Notes under the pieces: model-generated
Databases searched by the model: none
What the model was told of the DNA's origin: nothing
The model's input: only the letters and a program-made list of their open reading frames with translations
Translations under genes and position numbers: made by a program
In this document: one piece after another, positions 60,466-64,000 of the stretch
Layout: every line of letters begins with the position of its first letter
How positions within the stretch are numbered: position 1 is the stretch's first letter
NCBI GenBank assembly: GCA_023132875.1
Contig: JAGLXN010000007.1
Coordinates: forward strand, 1,262-65,261
Source of the DNA: Candidatus Parcubacteria bacterium
Lineage (GTDB): Bacteria > Patescibacteriota > Minisyncoccia > JAHIHE01 > JAGLIN01
Length of the DNA stretch: 64,000 nucleotides
Direction of reading: 5' to 3'

Positions 60466-61611
60466 CTATTTCAACGATTTATATAACTCAACCACTTTCT
60501 CCACCCACGGCTCTATGGAAAATCTTTTTGAATTTATTTTTGCCCGCGCGGACATTTTCTCTTTCAAGCTTTTATCACCCACAATTTTTAAAACACTTTC
60601 AGAAAATTCATCTTCTGATTTGGAAGTTAAAAAACCGTCTTCGCCGCTTCTAACTATGTCTTCAATCCCACTAGCCTTAATCGCAACAACTGGATTGCCT
60701 GCCGCCATCGCCTCAACCGCCACAAGCCCTTGTGTTTCTGTCAAAGACGCAAAAATAAAAATATCACTTGCTTGGTAAAGTCCTACAATTTCCGACCTGT
60801 CTACAAGTCCAGCGAAAATAATACTATTTTTAATCCCAAATTCTTCTGCCATTTTTTCCAAATCTTTCCTAACTGCTCCATCGCCAACTATAAGAAATCT
60901 CACATTATTCCGCTTTTGCCTAATTTTAGCAAACGATCTTACTAAAAATTCCAAATTCTTTTCTTCTGTAAGCCTGCAAGCGGTAATAAGCATAATGTCA
61001 TCCGGCTTAACTTGATATTTTTCCCTTATTCCATCTCTTTGTCCGGTATCTTTCTTAAAATTATCAATATTAATTCCGCTTGGTATAATGCTTATCGGCG
61101 CCTTAATTTCATGGTTAATTAATAATTTTTTTATTGCTGTAGATGGAGCTATAATATTATTGCATTGATTTGAATATTTTGTTGTTATTTTCCTTATATA
61201 TTTTCTTGAAATGGATTCAGGAATCAATGGCACATAATGATTATAATCCTCGTATTTGATATGATACGTAAAAACCAAAGGAATATTTAATTTCTTTGAA
61301 AATTTCAATGCTTCATCTCCTAAAGAATAAGGCTGATGGGAATGAATGATATCCAAATTTAATTTTTCTATTACTTCTCGCGCTTTAGAAAAAAACGGCA
61401 AGGGAATCACGTAAAAATAACCGCCATAATTAAAACGGAAACTTTTATATCGAAAAATATTCTTATTTTCATCTTTATAATTTGGATATTCAGGGGCAAA
61501 AACAAAAGTTTCATGCCCCGCCCTTTTAAGCCCCTTGCAAAGATTAATGACAGAAGTTTCCATTCCTCCTTTTGAGGGAGTGTAATAATTTATAAACATT
61601 CCTATTTTCAT
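60466..61611 (-). CDS. glycosyltransferase family 4 (diacylglycerol glucosyltransferase-like)
   Basis: HSHQPY, RLTEEKN, ETQGLVAVEA. Confidence 0.9.
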   Translation of the reverse strand: MKIGMFINYYTPSKGGMETSVINLCKGLKRAGHETFVFAPEYPNYKDENKNIFRYKSFRFNYGGYFYVIPLPFFSKAREVIEKLNLDIIHSHQPYSLGDEALKFSKKLNIPLVFTYHIKYEDYNHYVPLIPESISRKYIRKITTKYSNQCNNIIAPSTAIKKLLINHEIKAPISIIPSGINIDNFKKDTGQRDGIREKYQVKPDDIMLITACRLTEEKNLEFLVRSFAKIRQKRNNVRFLIVGDGAVRKDLEKMAEEFGIKNSIIFAGLVDRSEIVGLYQASDIFIFASLTETQGLVAVEAMAAGNPVVAIKASGIEDIVRSGEDGFLTSKSEDEFSESVLKIVGDKSLKEKMSARAKINSKRFSIEPWVEKVVELYKSLK

Positions 61612-62765
61612 AATTTGTGTTTATTTATTATAAAATTAAAAAATTTTATCGTTTTTTCAACTTGATTTTTAATATCTAATTTTTCTCTGCTTATCTTTTG
61701 AGAATTAAAAGAAAATTTATCAAGAACGGGCTTATTTCGCAAAAGATATATTATTTTTTTAGAAAAATCTTCAGTATTTTCACTTACCAAAAAACCGTTA
61801 TATCCGTCAATTACAATCTCTTTAAAGGGCTCGTCATAAACTGCAACTACTGGCAATCCGCTTGCAATTGCTTCATAAATAACAAGGCCTTGTGTTTCAG
61901 TTAAGGAAGAAAAAGCAAAAACATCAGCGCTATTGTACGCCTTGATAACATCTCTTCTCTTTAAAACGCCTGTGAAAACAACGCTTCCGCTTATATCTAA
62001 AGAAGAACATAATTTCTTAAGATTATCAACCTCATTGCCAGAACCTATAATAAATAATTTTACGTTTTCTACTTTTTCTTTTATTAATTTAAAAGATCTA
62101 ACGACAAATTGAATATTCTTTTCTTTGGCGATTCTGCCGACATATAGTATTATATTTTCTTTTTTGCTTAGATTGTATTTTTCTGAAAGCCATTTGTCTT
62201 TTTTCCCTTTAAATTCTTCTAAATCAAAACTTGTTGGAATTATTTCTATCGGTTTTTTAACCTGCAATTCTAATAAATATTTTTTTATTTTATCTGACGG
62301 AGTTATAATGCCATCACAATGGTTACAGAATATTCCAATTAATTTATTAACAGATGTTTTTGGAGATTCAAAGCCACCAAATATATAATGAAGATATTCA
62401 GAATACATTGTATGATTCATATATATAATTGGAATATTTTTAATTTTTGCAAACATCTGCGCTAGAAGACCTCCTATGCCAAAAGGATTTTGTGAATACA
62501 CAACATCAAGCTTCAATTTTTTTAAAGGAACAATGTTTTTAACAGAAACAGGTAATGTCACTCTATAATTTTTTTCAAATGGAAATTGAAAAGATTTAAA
62601 TCTAAATTCAGTAAATTTTGGTTTTTGTTTTTCTTTTCCAGATTCCGGAGCAAAAATATAAATCTGGTGTCCCTGTCTTTTTGCTTCTTTAGCAAAACTC
62701 TGAATGTATGTCACAACGCCATTCACCTGTGGAGTATATGTTTCTGTAAATATTCCAATTTTCAT
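61608..62765 (-). CDS. glycosyltransferase family 4 (diacylglycerol glucosyltransferase-like)
   Basis: FTETYTPQVNGV, GRIAKEKN, ETQGLVIYEA. Confidence 0.9.
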   Translation of the reverse strand: MKIGIFTETYTPQVNGVVTYIQSFAKEAKRQGHQIYIFAPESGKEKQKPKFTEFRFKSFQFPFEKNYRVTLPVSVKNIVPLKKLKLDVVYSQNPFGIGGLLAQMFAKIKNIPIIYMNHTMYSEYLHYIFGGFESPKTSVNKLIGIFCNHCDGIITPSDKIKKYLLELQVKKPIEIIPTSFDLEEFKGKKDKWLSEKYNLSKKENIILYVGRIAKEKNIQFVVRSFKLIKEKVENVKLFIIGSGNEVDNLKKLCSSLDISGSVVFTGVLKRRDVIKAYNSADVFAFSSLTETQGLVIYEAIASGLPVVAVYDEPFKEIVIDGYNGFLVSENTEDFSKKIIYLLRNKPVLDKFSFNSQKISREKLDIKNQVEKTIKFFNFIINKHKL

Positions 62766-62824
62766 TTATTTCTATGTTTTATCAAGCTGTAATAAAAACT
62801 ATCCAATTTTTAAATTTAGTTTAC

Positions 62825-62851
62825 AGGCAACACATCGACGTGTCGCCTTCG
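62825..62851. repeat. degenerate copy of the palindrome found inside the RAYT gene
   Basis: aggcaacacatcgacgtgtcgccttcg versus 35354-35383. Confidence 0.75.
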
Positions 62852-62893
62852 ATTAGCATAAATATTCAAATTCTTTAGCGATAAATTAATTAT

Positions 62894-63796
62894 TTAATAA
62901 TACTTTATTTCCAATTCGGAAAATTTCAAATCTAAATCTATATCAATTCTCTTAGTTACATCTTCGTAATTTGGGCTAACATATTCTTTAAAACCCCTGT
63001 CTAATCCTAACTCTTTAAAATTATCAGTTACTAAAAATTTGTTTAAAGATATTTTAACTCCTATTTCCTTGGGAATGAGTATGCTTAATTTAGAACCAAC
63101 AGAATTAATTCTTAATTTTTCAATAGTATCGTTCAGTATTATTTCATTTGAACTAATCTTAGTATCCAATATAAAATCTGAAACAGAAAGGTTGGATATA
63201 TTGAATTTATTTTTGCTCGCGTAAGTTTTTATTTTTATTTTAGACGGAATATTTCTGCCAATTCTTATATCCCACGTGCGACTGCTATCCCATGGGCTAA
63301 AAACATATTCACTTAACGAATTGCCAGAAATTTCATAAAGATCTTCCTTCTCAAATTCTTTAAAATTCAATTCAGGGACAATTCCTTTAGGAACAAATAA
63401 ATCCCCGCTAATTGAATTATTTTGAGCGTCAGTTATAAATAGCTCTCCTAAAGAAAATTTTACATTAAAATCCGCTATTTTTCCATCAGATGAAAAATCC
63501 TGATTTATTTTAAATATCTCTATTTGTCTTTGATGAAAAAGGTCACCGTCCTGAGAAACAAATATAATTCCAATTACAGAGCTTACTACAATAATAGGAG
63601 AAAGCAACTTTAAAAAAGAAAATTTAGTTCTCTTGAATATGATCTCAATTCCAATAACCACAAAAAATAACGGCCATAACTTTAAAAACTGAAAAATTAT
63701 ATTGATTTTAACAAAACCAAGCGAAATCCATAAAAAAACAAAGCCAAAAAGAAGGACATATAAACCATTTGATATTCTTTCTATGTGTGTTTTCAT
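62894..63796 (-). CDS. LiaI/LiaF-like (DUF5668-like) membrane protein
   Basis: N-terminal TM helices with LKLWPLFFVVIGIEII, then a beta-rich domain. Confidence 0.7.
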   Translation of the reverse strand: MKTHIERISNGLYVLLFGFVFLWISLGFVKINIIFQFLKLWPLFFVVIGIEIIFKRTKFSFLKLLSPIIVVSSVIGIIFVSQDGDLFHQRQIEIFKINQDFSSDGKIADFNVKFSLGELFITDAQNNSISGDLFVPKGIVPELNFKEFEKEDLYEISGNSLSEYVFSPWDSSRTWDIRIGRNIPSKIKIKTYASKNKFNISNLSVSDFILDTKISSNEIILNDTIEKLRINSVGSKLSILIPKEIGVKISLNKFLVTDNFKELGLDRGFKEYVSPNYEDVTKRIDIDLDLKFSELEIKYY

Positions 63797-63809
63797 GTTT
63801 TATATTACA

Positions 63810-63935
63810 TTGGATTACGAAATTCTATTTTTAGTTATCTTCGCGTGAATATTAGTTCAATTAGCGTTTATTATAGGAAACATTAATAAAACTAATATTC
63901 ACGCTAAACAAACAAATTATAAGAGTTTTGTAATT
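63810..63935. repeat. ~127 bp dispersed repeat, copy 2
   Basis: homologous to 23-149. Confidence 0.85.
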
Positions 63936-64000
63936 TAAAAATATTAACAAATAATGTTTTTATTTTATAGTTATATTATAACATAGAAATGATAATAAAT

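Overview
AT-rich bacterial chromosomal segment, standard code 11. Gene content and divergence suggest Patescibacteria/CPR (Parcubacteria-like); this is an inference. Housekeeping genes include fusA, tgt, a complete atpBEFHAGDC operon, prmC, rplY, murE, a P-type ATPase, a short hinge-less SMC, split comEC with a RAYT transposase between the halves, nrdG, a C-terminally truncated nrdD, ftsAZ, ybeY, rpsU, hisS, lepB, pth, dprA, topA, three prephenate dehydratase paralogs and glycosyltransferases. No rRNA, CRISPR array or intact tRNA was found. The most notable signals are non-coding. (1) An ORF-less, promoter-to-terminator unit of about 1.1 kb with many hairpins and long-range pairings (6686-7786), a candidate giant ncRNA, plus a second structured RNA of about 345 nt (11424-11769, minus strand). 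(2) A Phe-sensing attenuator (leader MNYTKNSQFFFFSFFSRHMR) followed by a degenerate tRNA-Phe(GAA)-like cloverleaf directly upstream of pheA, and next to it an orphan Leu/Ile/Val-type attenuator. (3) Several REP/MITE palindrome families, some inserted in frame inside topA, tgt, prmC, the comEC MBL gene and the RAYT itself. (4) Many intergenic inverted micro-repeat cassettes, one of which still holds a four-helix-bundle-like gene remnant. All structure calls were made by eye and need computational confirmation.
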